DNA of 64,000 bases, taken from positions 64,294,001 to 64,358,000 of the forward strand of contig OX597826.1 of NCBI GenBank assembly GCA_951406725.2, given 5' to 3'. The stretch comes from Octopus vulgaris. Lineage: Eukaryota. Made by a program: the position numbers and the translations under genes. Shown here piece by piece: positions 1 through 10,600 of this stretch. The notes under the pieces are model-generated. The model was not told where the DNA came from. It worked only from the letters and a program-made list of their open reading frames with translations, and did no database searches. Within the stretch, counting starts at the first letter, position 1, and every line of letters begins with the position of its first letter.

Positions 1-75
1 GTGTGTGTGACTGTGTTTGTCACTCCTACCAGCTTGATAACTGGTGTTGCTTTGTTTACATGCCCATAACCTAGC

Positions 76-508
76 AGTTTGGCAAAAGACTAAAGGCGGC
101 GAGCTGGAAGAAACATTAGCGTGCCGGGCGAAATGCTTAGTGGTATTTCATCTGCTGCTACATTCTGAGTTCAAATTCTGCCGAGGTTGACTTTGCCTTT
201 CATCCTTTCGGGGTCATTTAAATAAGTACCAATTATGCTCTGGGGTCAATATAATCGACTTAATCCATTTGTCTGTCCTTGTTTGTCCCCTGTGTGTTTA
301 GCCCCTTGTGGGTAGTAAAGAAATAGGTATTTTGTCTGCTGCTATGTCCTGAGTTCAAATTCTGCTGAGGTTGACTTTGCCTTTCATCCTTTCAGGGTCG
401 ATTAAAAAAGTACCAGTTACACTCTGGGGTTGATATAATCAACTTAATCCATTTGTCTGTCCTTGTTTGTCCCCTCTGTGTGTAGAAATAAGTTTGGCAA
501 AAGACTAA
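76..508 (+). mobile_element. tRNA-derived SINE (family A) with internal duplication, nested in the tail of another SINE
   Basis: Head ggcggcgagctgg...gagttcaaattc (A/B-box-like); segment about 142-300 repeated at about 326-485; 18-bp target duplication agtttggcaaaagactaa at 76-93 and 491-508. Confidence 0.8.
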
Positions 509-1367
509 CAGAATAGGTACCAGACTTAAAAAATTTAAAAACCTAAGTACTAGGGCAATTTGTTCAACTAATTGTCTGCAGACCAATGACAGAATCAAGT
601 AAAAGACAAAAAGGAAAGAAAAAAATCATAGGCTGCTTTAGTCAACTGAATTTTGACTTTAGAAACTCACAGATAACACAGTTTCCTAATCTTATTTGGT
701 TCATTGATTTCTTTAATATGTCAATTAAATTAATGTGTCTGTTTCTATGTGGTCCAGGAACTGTCAGAATATCTGTCTTCCATTGTCTTGTAAACATGAA
801 TTGCATTTAGATTATTATTGGAACATTATAGAGACAAGCTGTCAGCAGCTGCCATTGCAACTTTGGTTTCAATTGCCAATTGTAACCAAATCACTTTACC
901 TCTATAGGTAATGACCTTCAGAAACATCATAAATTCTATATAACTGCAACCCCTCTCAAGAAAAATCAATACGTTACTTACAAGTGGTTAGGTCAGTAGA
1001 GTTGGCAGATACATGGAGGCAATTTAACTACATGTTTTATTACATTCCATTCATTTTAGTGCTTTTAGATTGTGAACTGTTGAATGAATGACACATATTC
1101 TATACCTACTCAACAAACATTGGTATGAAGCCAGTAAGGGAACAATTATGTGACTTGCTACAAGTAGCAGCCAAGTCAACCTCTAGTCATATCTCACTCT
1201 CTTCAAAATGAAGCACATTGGACAATGTAGTCTTAAAAACTGCTTATAAAAATGGGATGGTCATGGATGAAATATCTAATTATAGGCTTGCTCAATTAAG
1301 CTTGACCTGAGTCTAGCTTTGGGCTAAGCAACAAATTGGCCTAGTGGTTTGTCAACTAAATATTGGC

Positions 1368-1582
1368 TTCAAATATTGGCACAGGGCCAGAAATTTTGGG
1401 GGAAGAGTTACGTCTATTACACGAAACCCAGCGCACAACTTACTATTTATTTTATCGACTCCAAAAGGCTAAAAGGGAAAGGCGACCTCAGCAGAATTTG
1501 AACTCAGAATGTAAAAACAGATGAAATATTGCTAAGCATTTTTTGCCCATGTGCTAAGTTGTTCTGCCAGCTTGCAACCTTA
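1368..1582 (-). mobile_element. Diverged family A SINE
   Basis: Reverse complement of the family A head and body (gaatttgaactcagaa, ctgccagcttg). Confidence 0.65.
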
Positions 1583-1823
1583 ATGATAATAATAGGTACA
1601 CAATCCTTTATCCAGAACGCTTGTGGACAGCTGTGTTCTGAATTTTGGGGTTTTCCAGATTTCAGAACAAAAGCCAGCTGCCCCAGATTGTAAACTAGAC
1701 ATTAAAATAAACATCCTACTATGGTAACAAAAGCACATATATACATATTCACAATCAGTAGGGAAAATAGATAGTTAATGAGTAATATACTGGTAAATGA
1801 AATAGTGAGATAATGAAGACCAT

Positions 1824-3653
1824 CATCATCATCATCATCATCATCATTTAACGTCCGCTTTCCATGCTAGCATGGGTTGGACGGTTCAACTGGGGTCTGG
1901 GGAGCCCGAAAGCTGCACCAGTCCAGTCAGATCTGGCAGTGTTTCTACAGCTGGATGCCCTTCCTAACGCCAACCACTCCGAGAGTGTAGTGGGTGATTT
2001 TATGTGCCACCGACACAGGTACCAGACGAGGCTGGCAAACGGCCACGCTCGGATGGTGTTTTTTATGTGCCACCGACACAGGTGCCAGACGAGGCTGGCA
2101 GACGGCCACGCTTGGATGGTGTTTTTATGTGCCACCGACACAAGTGCCAGATGAGGCTGGCAAACGGCCACGATCGGATGGTGTTTGTTACGTGCCCACA
2201 GCACGGAGGCCAGTCGATGCGGTACTGACTACGGCCACGTTCGGATGGTTTTCTTGTGTGCCACGTGCCACCGGCACTGGTACCACAAAGATACAAATTC
2301 CATTGATGTTCATCTATTTTGATTTGTTTTGATTTTCACTTGCCTCAACAGGTCTTCACAAGTGTCACAAGAAGGAAGGTATGCACAGGTGGACTGACTA
2401 CGTCCCAGGTAGGGCCCACAGGTTATGGCCTGACTAGTCTTGCCGGGTCTTCGGATGGTGTTTTTATGTGCCACCGACACAGGTGCCAGATGAGGCTGGC
2501 GAACGGCCACGATTGGATGGTGTTTGTTACGTGCCCACAGCACGGGGCCAGTCGGTGCGGTACTGGCTACGGCCACGTTCGGATGGTTTTCTTGTGTGCC
2601 ACCGGCACTGGTACCACAAAGATACAATTCCATTAATGTTCATCTATTTTGATTTGTTTTGATTTGATTTGATTTGATTTCATTTTGATTTTCACTTGCC
2701 TCAACAGGCCTTCACAAGTATCAAAAGGAGGAAGGTATGCACAGGTGGACTGACTACGTCCCAGGTAGGGGCCATGGGATATGGCCTGCCGGGTCTTCGG
2801 ATGGTGTTTTTATGTGCCACCGACACAGGTGCTAGATGAGGCTGGCAAACGGCCACGATCGGATGGTGTTTGTTATGTGCCCACAGCACGATGGCCAGTC
2901 GATGCGGTACTGACTACGGCCACGTTCGGATGGATTTCTTGTGTGCCACAGGCACTGGTACCACAAAGATACAAATTCCATTGATGTTCATCTATTTTGA
3001 TTTGATTTGATTTTCACTTGCCTCAACAGGTCTTCACAAGTGTCACAAGAAGGAAGGTATGCACAGGTGGACTGACTAGTCTTGCCGGGTCTTCGGAAGG
3101 TGTTTTTATGTGCCACCGACACAGGTGCCAGATGAGGCTGGCGAACGGCCATGATCGGATGGTGTTTGTTACGTGCCCACAGCACGGAGACCGGTCGATG
3201 CGGAACTGGCTACGGCCACGTTCGGATGGTTCTCTTGTGTGCCACCGGCACTGGTACCACAAAGATACAGATTCCATTGATGTTCATCTATTTTGATTTG
3301 TTTTGATTTTGATTTTGATTTTCACTTGCCTCAACAGGTCTTCACAAGTGTCACAAGAAGGAAGGTATGCACAGGTGGACTGACTACGTCCCAGGTAGGG
3401 GCCATGGGTTATGGCCTGACTAGTCTTGCCGGGTCTTCGGATGGTGTTTTTATGTGCCACCGATACAGGTGCTAGATGAGGCTGGCGAACGGCCACGATC
3501 GGATGGTGTTTGTCATGTGCCCACAGCACGGAGGCCAGTCGATGCGGTACTGGCTACGGCCACTTTCGGATGGTTTTCTCTTGTGTGCCACCGGCACTGG
3601 TACCACAAAGATACAAATTCCATTGATGTTCATCTATTTTGATTTGTTTTGAT
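1824..3653 (-). repeat. Tandem array of five RTE-LINE 3'-end units (about 300-350 bp) ending in a (GAT)n tail
   Basis: Marker taccacaaagatac at 2281, 2612, 2959, 3255, 3601; unit is homologous to 57165-57790; (cat)n at 1822-1847. Confidence 0.88.
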
Positions 3654-3894
3654 TAACAAAATACATTTAGTGGGATGATTTAAAATTAGAATACATAAGT
3701 ACAGGTATACACATTACCATAATATTTCTGCAGAGTGATGTGTAAGTATTTGCACTAATTTGAATAAAGAAAGACTACAAATGGTATTGCAGTTTATTCG
3801 TATGCTAGAGCCATAAATTGGTTCAAACTAGGCTAAATATGTAGCTGTAAGTGTTACCAATGTCATCATCAAGTTGCAGGCAAACCTCCGATGG

Positions 3895-4380
3895 TGGGTC
3901 AGGAATGGGGGTTCTCAAGTGATGAAGTAGCATTACAAAAGAGGGCACTTTTAAAGACTTCTTCAAGTGTCATCTGTTTCTGTCTAAGCAACATCTCTTT
4001 AATTGAGTGAATTCCCATAATCTGCTGCTCACTGATAAATACATGTTGCTCAAGGCCAGCTATTAACTGATCACGAATTTTCACCATATCGTCTACAGGA
4101 ATTTGTCTATGTAATTTTCCAGAGTTTCATAATCAGCAGAAGCTTTTTCACCACAGCTCTTCAGATATTTTACACCCTGACACTTAAATTTTTGCAGCCA
4201 ACCTTCTGAACATTGACACTCTCCTTCAATGTTCAATTCTTTATGATATATTCTAGCTTGTTTCATGACAAACAAACCATTCAGTGGTATATGTTGTTCT
4301 TTGTTGTTGAATTCATTCTATCACCACATGGTCAAGATCTTTAATTTTTGCCCTATGTAGTGTTTTCCTATTTATCTCAT
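3895..4380 (-). mobile_element. Internally deleted Tigger/pogo (jerky-like) transposase remnant
   Basis: MKQARIYHKELNIEGECQCSEGWLQKFK...CGEKASAD is a CENP-B type HTH; fused to C-terminal LEQ..FISEQQI...IKE.LLRQ..MTLEEVF. A possible terminus lies at about 1595-1660. Confidence 0.75.
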
Positions 4381-4404
4381 CAAAAGAACAATATTTGTGC
4401 TTTT

Positions 4405-5500
4405 ACTTTTACTGGTTTCAGTCATTTGACTGTGGCCATGCTGAAGCACTGGCTTAAAGGGATTTAGTTGAAGAAATTGACCCCAGGACCATTTCTTTAT
4501 AAGCCTAGTACTTATTCTATCAGAGTGTTTTGCCAAATCACTAAGCTACAGGGACATAAACACACCACCAGCAGTTGTCACGTGATAGTGGGGGCACAAA
4601 CACAAACACATAAATACACACACACAATATATATACTAGCAGCTAAGTTTGGTTTCACCCAGTCAGTTTGGATGATGTGGCTGTAAAACTTGCTCTGTGT
4701 AAGCATTTGACTTGTTTGGGAATGCTCATGTTAAAAGACAATTTTAGAATTACTTTCTTCTGTCAAAACGCTAAAAGTAACTGACCAACAAAAAAAAAAC
4801 CCAACCAAGATTCAACCAAATCAAAAAGTAAACCCAAATACTAAGCGAACAAAGATGAACCATCTCACTTCCATTGCACGTGCACATGCACAAACACACA
4901 CATTCACATACCCCCGTTTTACATACACATATATTCACACAGAGTTGAAATGCTGTTTGATTTTTTTTTTCAGCGTACACTTTTCATCATCCCCCTACCA
5001 AGTATGACATCAACCCTTCCTTTCTCATTCATAAACACAAGAGTATTATTATAGTAGAGTATCTTGGTAACCATGGGAGCTATGAGAAAATATGACATCA
5101 TCCTTTCCTTCCTTATTCATCTATCATCCCTTCCTTTCTCATTCATAAACACAAAAGTATTATTATAGTAGATTATCTCGGTAACCATGGGAGCTATGAA
5201 AAAAAATACAAAGCCTAGCAACACCACCAGATCATTCATGTGTAATTTTCCATGCAATTCCCCCCAGCCGTTTGACCATGAATACCAAGACAAGAAAGAA
5301 TTGCCTATGTCAAATTTATATGTATAGATATACACACACACAGAAACAGGCTTCTTTCAGTTTCCATCTACCAAATCTGCTCACAAGGCTTTGGCCAGCC
5401 TGAAGCTACAGCAGAAGACACTTGCCCAAGGTACCATGCCGTGGGACTGAACCCGGAACCATGTGGTTGGGAAGCAAACTTCTTACCACATGGCCACACT
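4405..5500 (-). mobile_element. tRNA-derived SINE (family B) split by an insertion at 4636-5328
   Basis: Left part 4405-4635 and right part 5329-5500 match the two halves of the intact copy at 36186-36616. Confidence 0.75.
4636..5328 (-). mobile_element. Non-autonomous Helitron-like element
   Basis: Minus strand begins A|TCTATACATATAAA at 5328 and ends CTAG|T at 4636; inserted in the AT microsatellite of a SINE without TSD; subterminal hairpin is decayed. Confidence 0.55.
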
Positions 5501-5629
5501 TGGTAATGTATTTTAAAACTTGGTGCTAATAATATGGAAAGTACAAAAATATATTCTGCATCTTCAACACACACAAACACACACACAGAGGAATGCCTCA
5601 CACACACAAAAAAAACAAATAAGTTTCAT

Positions 5630-6036
5630 CATCTGAATATTTAAAGATGTTTTATTTACAAAATTGAGCTGTAAATTATTCTTGGTCAATATCTTAAAAC
5701 ATACAACCGAAAAAGAAAAAAAAAGCAAATTTACAATTTTATCATACTCTGTTTAAAGAAATAAACCAAACATTTGGGGTGCTCTTACAAGTAAGAATTG
5801 TGTACATGAATAAAAGAAACGAAAGTCAAAATTTTAAAAAAGTCTTTAATAAAAAATGCGAGTAAAATGAAATGTCTTTAGGGAGATTTTTGTTGAGTTA
5901 TTTGACAGATATAAACCAAAACCATGTCAAAAGGCATAAAATATGTTAATATTTGTACAAAAGCGCTTTCTGTTATGTTTCCAACTTTCAAATGATGGGC
6001 TTGTCGTAGACATTTCAGTTCTTGTTGAACCTTAAC
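5630..6036 (-). other. Probable terminal (3'UTR) exon of the PLC gene
   Basis: Strong acceptor attttcactcatttcag at 6037; AATAAA on minus strand at 5656-5651 followed by a T/GT-rich tract; the donor at 7565 requires a downstream exon. The 3' end is approximate. Confidence 0.55.
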
Positions 6037-6230
6037 CTGAAATGAGTGAAAATATCAAAGATAAATTGCAAAATTACTTGAATTTGCTCTGCAATATATA
6101 AAATATAGATTTCTCTCATATAAGAGTACAAAATTATAGAGAGGATGTGTAGCCAATTTAATGGATCTGAAGACATTCCTGGTTCTTATCCTATTCTGTT
6201 TAAGTAGGGGATTTATGCTCAATATGCTCA

Positions 6231-6570
6231 GTGAGGGCACATGGTTCACTAGTTAGAGCGTCAATCTCACAATCATGAGGTAGTGAGTTTGATTCCTAAA
6301 CTGGGCTGTGTGGTGTGCTCTTGAGCAAGACACTTTATTTCATATTGCTCTAGTTCACTCAGCAGTAGAAATGAGTTGCAACATCACTGGTGCCAAGCTG
6401 TATTGGCCTTTGCCTTTCCTTTGGATAACATTGGTGGCATGGAGAGGGGAGGCTGGTATGCCTGGGTGACTGCTGGTCTTCCATAAAACAACCTTGCCCA
6501 GACTTGTGCCTCAGAGGGTAACTTTTTAGGTGCAAACCTATGGTGATATGTGACCGAACGAGGTCCTTCC
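6231..6570 (+). mobile_element. tRNA-derived SINE (family C)
   Basis: tRNA-like head, cttgagcaagacacttt core; reverse copy at about 35840-36140, shorter copies at about 18950-19170 and 47735-47920. Confidence 0.7.
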
Positions 6571-7568
6571 TTTATGCTCAATGCATAAAGGCAAGGGAAA
6601 TTACATATAAAACAGAATTTAGCAAAACTTCACTATTTCTGCCACTTTACAATCTTATCATCATTGTTGTTGTCATCATTTAATGCCTATTTTTCATGCT
6701 GGCATGAGATGGATGGTTTGACAAGATCCAGCAAACTGCAGTGCTGCATCAAGCTCCAGTGTCTGCATTAGCATGGTTTCTACAGCTGTGTACCCTTCCT
6801 AATGCGAACCACTTCCCAATGTGTACTGGTTGCTTTTTTTTTTATTAGTGCTACTTGCACCAGTGAGTAACTTGCAAAACTGCAAGAAAACAAGAAAAGC
6901 CTTCTGAACTAAGTGTGTGTGTAGGGGGATATTTGAGAGGTAGGAGGGGTGGTTTTATGCCAGGTATTGGGAGGTGTAAGTATGACAGAGGGACAAAAGC
7001 AAGTGACTTGCTATATAGAAAAGCACGGTTACCCTAAATTACATAAGGGTGGATGGGAGAAGTTGAGAAGGAGATAAGATGGTAGTGATGGGATGTCAAA
7101 GCAAATCCTCAAGGAGTAAAAAAAGGATCAGGAGGGGGAAGGTAATGTGGTAAGAATATAAAGGGAAAGTAGTAGATGGTTAGAGATGAGGATAAAGGAC
7201 CGTTATTAAAAACAAAGAATATAATTTAACAGTTTAAAAACTTATGCAATTTCAGAATCAAAGACTGAAAATTTAACCTCTGAAGAAAAGAATGAACAAA
7301 TTTTAAAATAAGTTTTTTTACCCCAATATTGTACTACCCTAAATAAATATGATATGCATGCATTGATAAAGGTAAATTATGAAAATTACTTAAGTTCTAA
7401 GTTTTATTCTATGAAGACAAAATAGTTATGGCAATGAATATTGATCAAGTAACTAGTTTGTAACCTACCACCGATACAGACTTGTTTAAGCAGAGATATC
7501 AGCTATAGAATTTTGTCAATATGAATTAAATAAATGTATAATAAAGTAGTTAATAATAAGCTTACCTT

Positions 7569-7660
7569 TTAAGATACAGGTTTGATATCAATGTGGAGTA
7601 ACAGCATTGATTTATAAATTACTTCGTTTTTCTTGTTGTTAAGATTAAACTGTCGGTAGC
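7569..7660 (-). CDS. PLCD: PLC last coding exon [30 protein letters not shown]
   Basis: ttacag acceptor; GYR motif ending C2; TAA at 7571-7569 followed by AAG|gtaagc donor (exon ends 7566). Confidence 0.92.
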
Positions 7661-10600
7661 CTGTAAGTAAGAAATATTTAAGCATTCAATCATTTTAAAT
7701 CCATTCATATATATTTTAATGGCTCTGAGGAAGCCATAAGATGTTGCACAAGCATTCAGTTACATGTGCACTGCTCCTTACTGCAGAAACAGCTGTAAGC
7801 TAATGAAGGTGATTATATAATTCCTATTCTTTTGTCACTCCTTAATTAACATTGCACTCTGTACTCACCGAATGCTTTTTAAAGTATAAGCATATTAAGA
7901 ATATTGAGTATCACTATGCCTAAGTGAAATCATCATGTGTATGTGTATGTGTGTGATAAATACGTTGGTATATAGCATGGCAAACATTTGTTTTCATTGA
8001 GGTTAAGGTTTTGAATTTCTGGCAGTAGAATATCAGGATTACTGTAAAAGGTTTATTCTCCTCTCTCAAAGAGGAATTTACGAAATGGACCAAATATATA
8101 AATGGGTCTATTAGTAGGAGTACTCCTTGTAATGCTATCATGGTTGAGAAGTGGTAGATTAAAGATCTTCATGGCAAGAGACCATGAAGCTTGACTGGTT
8201 TGAGAGCCAAAAGAACTTGCAGGCAATAGAATACATGATGTGATGTCATCTACTTTTCAAGTGGATGTATTGCATGTGTTGCTATTGTAGGATGATGCTT
8301 TTGATTTATGGTATTGGATAGTGATTCCATCCAAGAGTTACAGTTTGTTGTCTTTATTGTACAACTATCGTCTGTGTGAAAAGTCTGGCAGCATACACGT
8401 TAGCATATGTCAGGTGCATACAATTGACAACACAGTTAATTAAGATTTATTCAGTGAGTTCTATTCAACACATGTTTACACATGGAATTAGCAGAATCAT
8501 TATTAACTTTAGATGGCTCGCAGGCGAGGTGAACAAATTAGTGAGATAGATAGACTGGCAATACTTGCAGTCATGTATTCAACATCAAACTCGTGTTCGG
8601 CGTCAAATAGTTGACTGTTGTGGTGGTAACAGATTCGTGTAATAAATGTTGTGTTTTTGTTTCATAATATATATTTTTTCGAATGCAGCCAGACTTTTCA
8701 CACAAGGGCTTCTGAGGCAGTGGGATTTGGCTATGTGAGGAATGCAAGTATAGTTGTCTTAGGAGGTAAAGCTCGTGGTAAAGCCCATTTTAGGTTAAAG
8801 GTAGTTAGCTTAGAATTGGAAGAACTCTCTTCAATTGGTTAACTTAAAATATCTGAATGTTTTGTTTTTTTAATTAATTACCTTATTTCATTACCATTAT
8901 ATTTTAAATGAGTACAAACACGTAGGTTAACTGTTGCTTGAATAACTTACCTTCTTGCATACAGTTGAATGGAATTGTGAAATAACCAATGAAATCATCT
9001 CCTCCTAAGTCATAATCCTTGACAGTGAAACGAAGAATGCATAAGTCAGGGTGATCGATTCTGAATTCAAAGTCTTCATCCCATCTAGGATTGAAACCTA
9101 CAATAATATTTAAAATAAGTATTACATTTGACAGAATAATCTGAATGCTAAAGGGTTAAACCTTTTCATCCATCATTACGACCAAAAATATTGGAAAGTA
9201 CTGAAGGTTATCATAGTTTCCATAGATTTAAATAGTTTGACAGAACAGCGTTTTTTAATTAAGATATCTAATCTCAACTAACCTGATGAGAAATGTTTTT
9301 ATGAATAATTTTTGGACCTTAGTAATGAATGTTGACTGCCATGACACTGCATCCTTCAAGACCCTCATGCTTTCCGAAATCCGCCGAAACTACACCTGAT
9401 TATATATACACTTTAGATGAGTTGTAGTGCACCTGAGCACTGTACACAATTATTATTATTATTATTATTATTAAATCAGTCCCAAATTACCCAAATATTT
9501 TTGGTACATAAAGCACTTCCACATGGCACTTGTTTTAGGGTTGGTTTGATGACAGTTTTTGCCAAAAATATAACAAGTGCAGTGATGATATTTAAAATGA
9601 TGATTCTAAGATTTTTGAGGCAAAGCAAAAATATTCACCTCCTAAAGTCTGTGAAAGAGTAAGTAAAGTTGCTAAATTTTAAAACATAATATTTACCATT
9701 GTTCCTGATGACTCTGGTCTTCTTCTCAGCTTTGTCTTCATCCATTCCATGAATCTCAATCTTAACAATGGGATCGATAACCTCTCCTTTAAAACTCTCT
9801 GATGGCTTTGGTAATTGGTAGGCACTGATTACCTGAAGTTTGAAATAGAAATTTTAAGCTTCTCCTTCTCCTCTCTTGATTTTATATTTGTTAAAATTAA
9901 AAGTATTAAGAAGAAATAAAAGTGCCAATGAGTTTCCCTCTTTCAAGTCTTTTAAAAATAGTGAGTTGTCCGGAAAGTTCGTGCCGATTTATAGTAGCTT
10001 ACCTTTCGACTTATTTTAGAACATGGTTGAGTCCATAAAATAGGATTTGACTACAACTCCATTTAGAGTGCAGTTTAAGCTATCTTTTCATGGAAGAAGA
10101 TTTATGTTCCTATAACCTGTGTTAATTCTGTAACCCGTTAAAATGGAAGATAAGAAAGTTCATTTTCGGCACTTGATGCTTTGGGAACCAGACAAAAATT
10201 GCTGCAGCTTGGCTAGGATGTGCTACCCACCTTCCATATTCAGGTCTCAGCAGAATAGTCTTAATGGTAAAAATTTCAATTTTTTGGATGATGTAAAAAG
10301 ATACCTTGATGAATTCTTTGCCAGGAAACCACCTCAATTATGGGAAGAGGGTATTTTCAAGTTAAAGGAAAGATGGAGACGCATTGTGCAACAAAATGGT
10401 TCATATATGGTTGATTAAAAATGTAATGGCAAGTATTTATTGACCTTTTTCTTTCCTTTAAAAATCAGCACGAACTTTCCGGACAACCCAGTACTTTGAA
10501 TATATATCATCATCATCATCATTATTGCTTTGACTTCAACTTTTTCATTCTTACATGGGTCAGATGGAAATTGTTGAGATAGATTTTCTACAGCTGGAAA

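Noticed and set aside
93-185. tRNA-like sequences at SINE heads (also 6231, 18950, 36545-36616, 52600)
   Set aside because: A/B boxes continue into SINE bodies and no complete cloverleaf is evident; not called as tRNA genes
1990-2180. CRISPR-like repeat/spacer look of the gtggcac..aaaagcacc modules
   Set aside because: Eukaryotic context, spacers are homologous to one another, no cas genes; part of a retroelement tail
1848-3642. Many overlapping 60-120 aa ORFs
   Set aside because: All derive from the GC-rich tandem LINE 3'UTR units; repetitive peptides in all frames with no protein-family motifs
8053-8337. Minus-strand frame of about 94 codons with one internal stop
   Set aside because: No recognisable motif or fitting splice sites; probably an old repeat remnant
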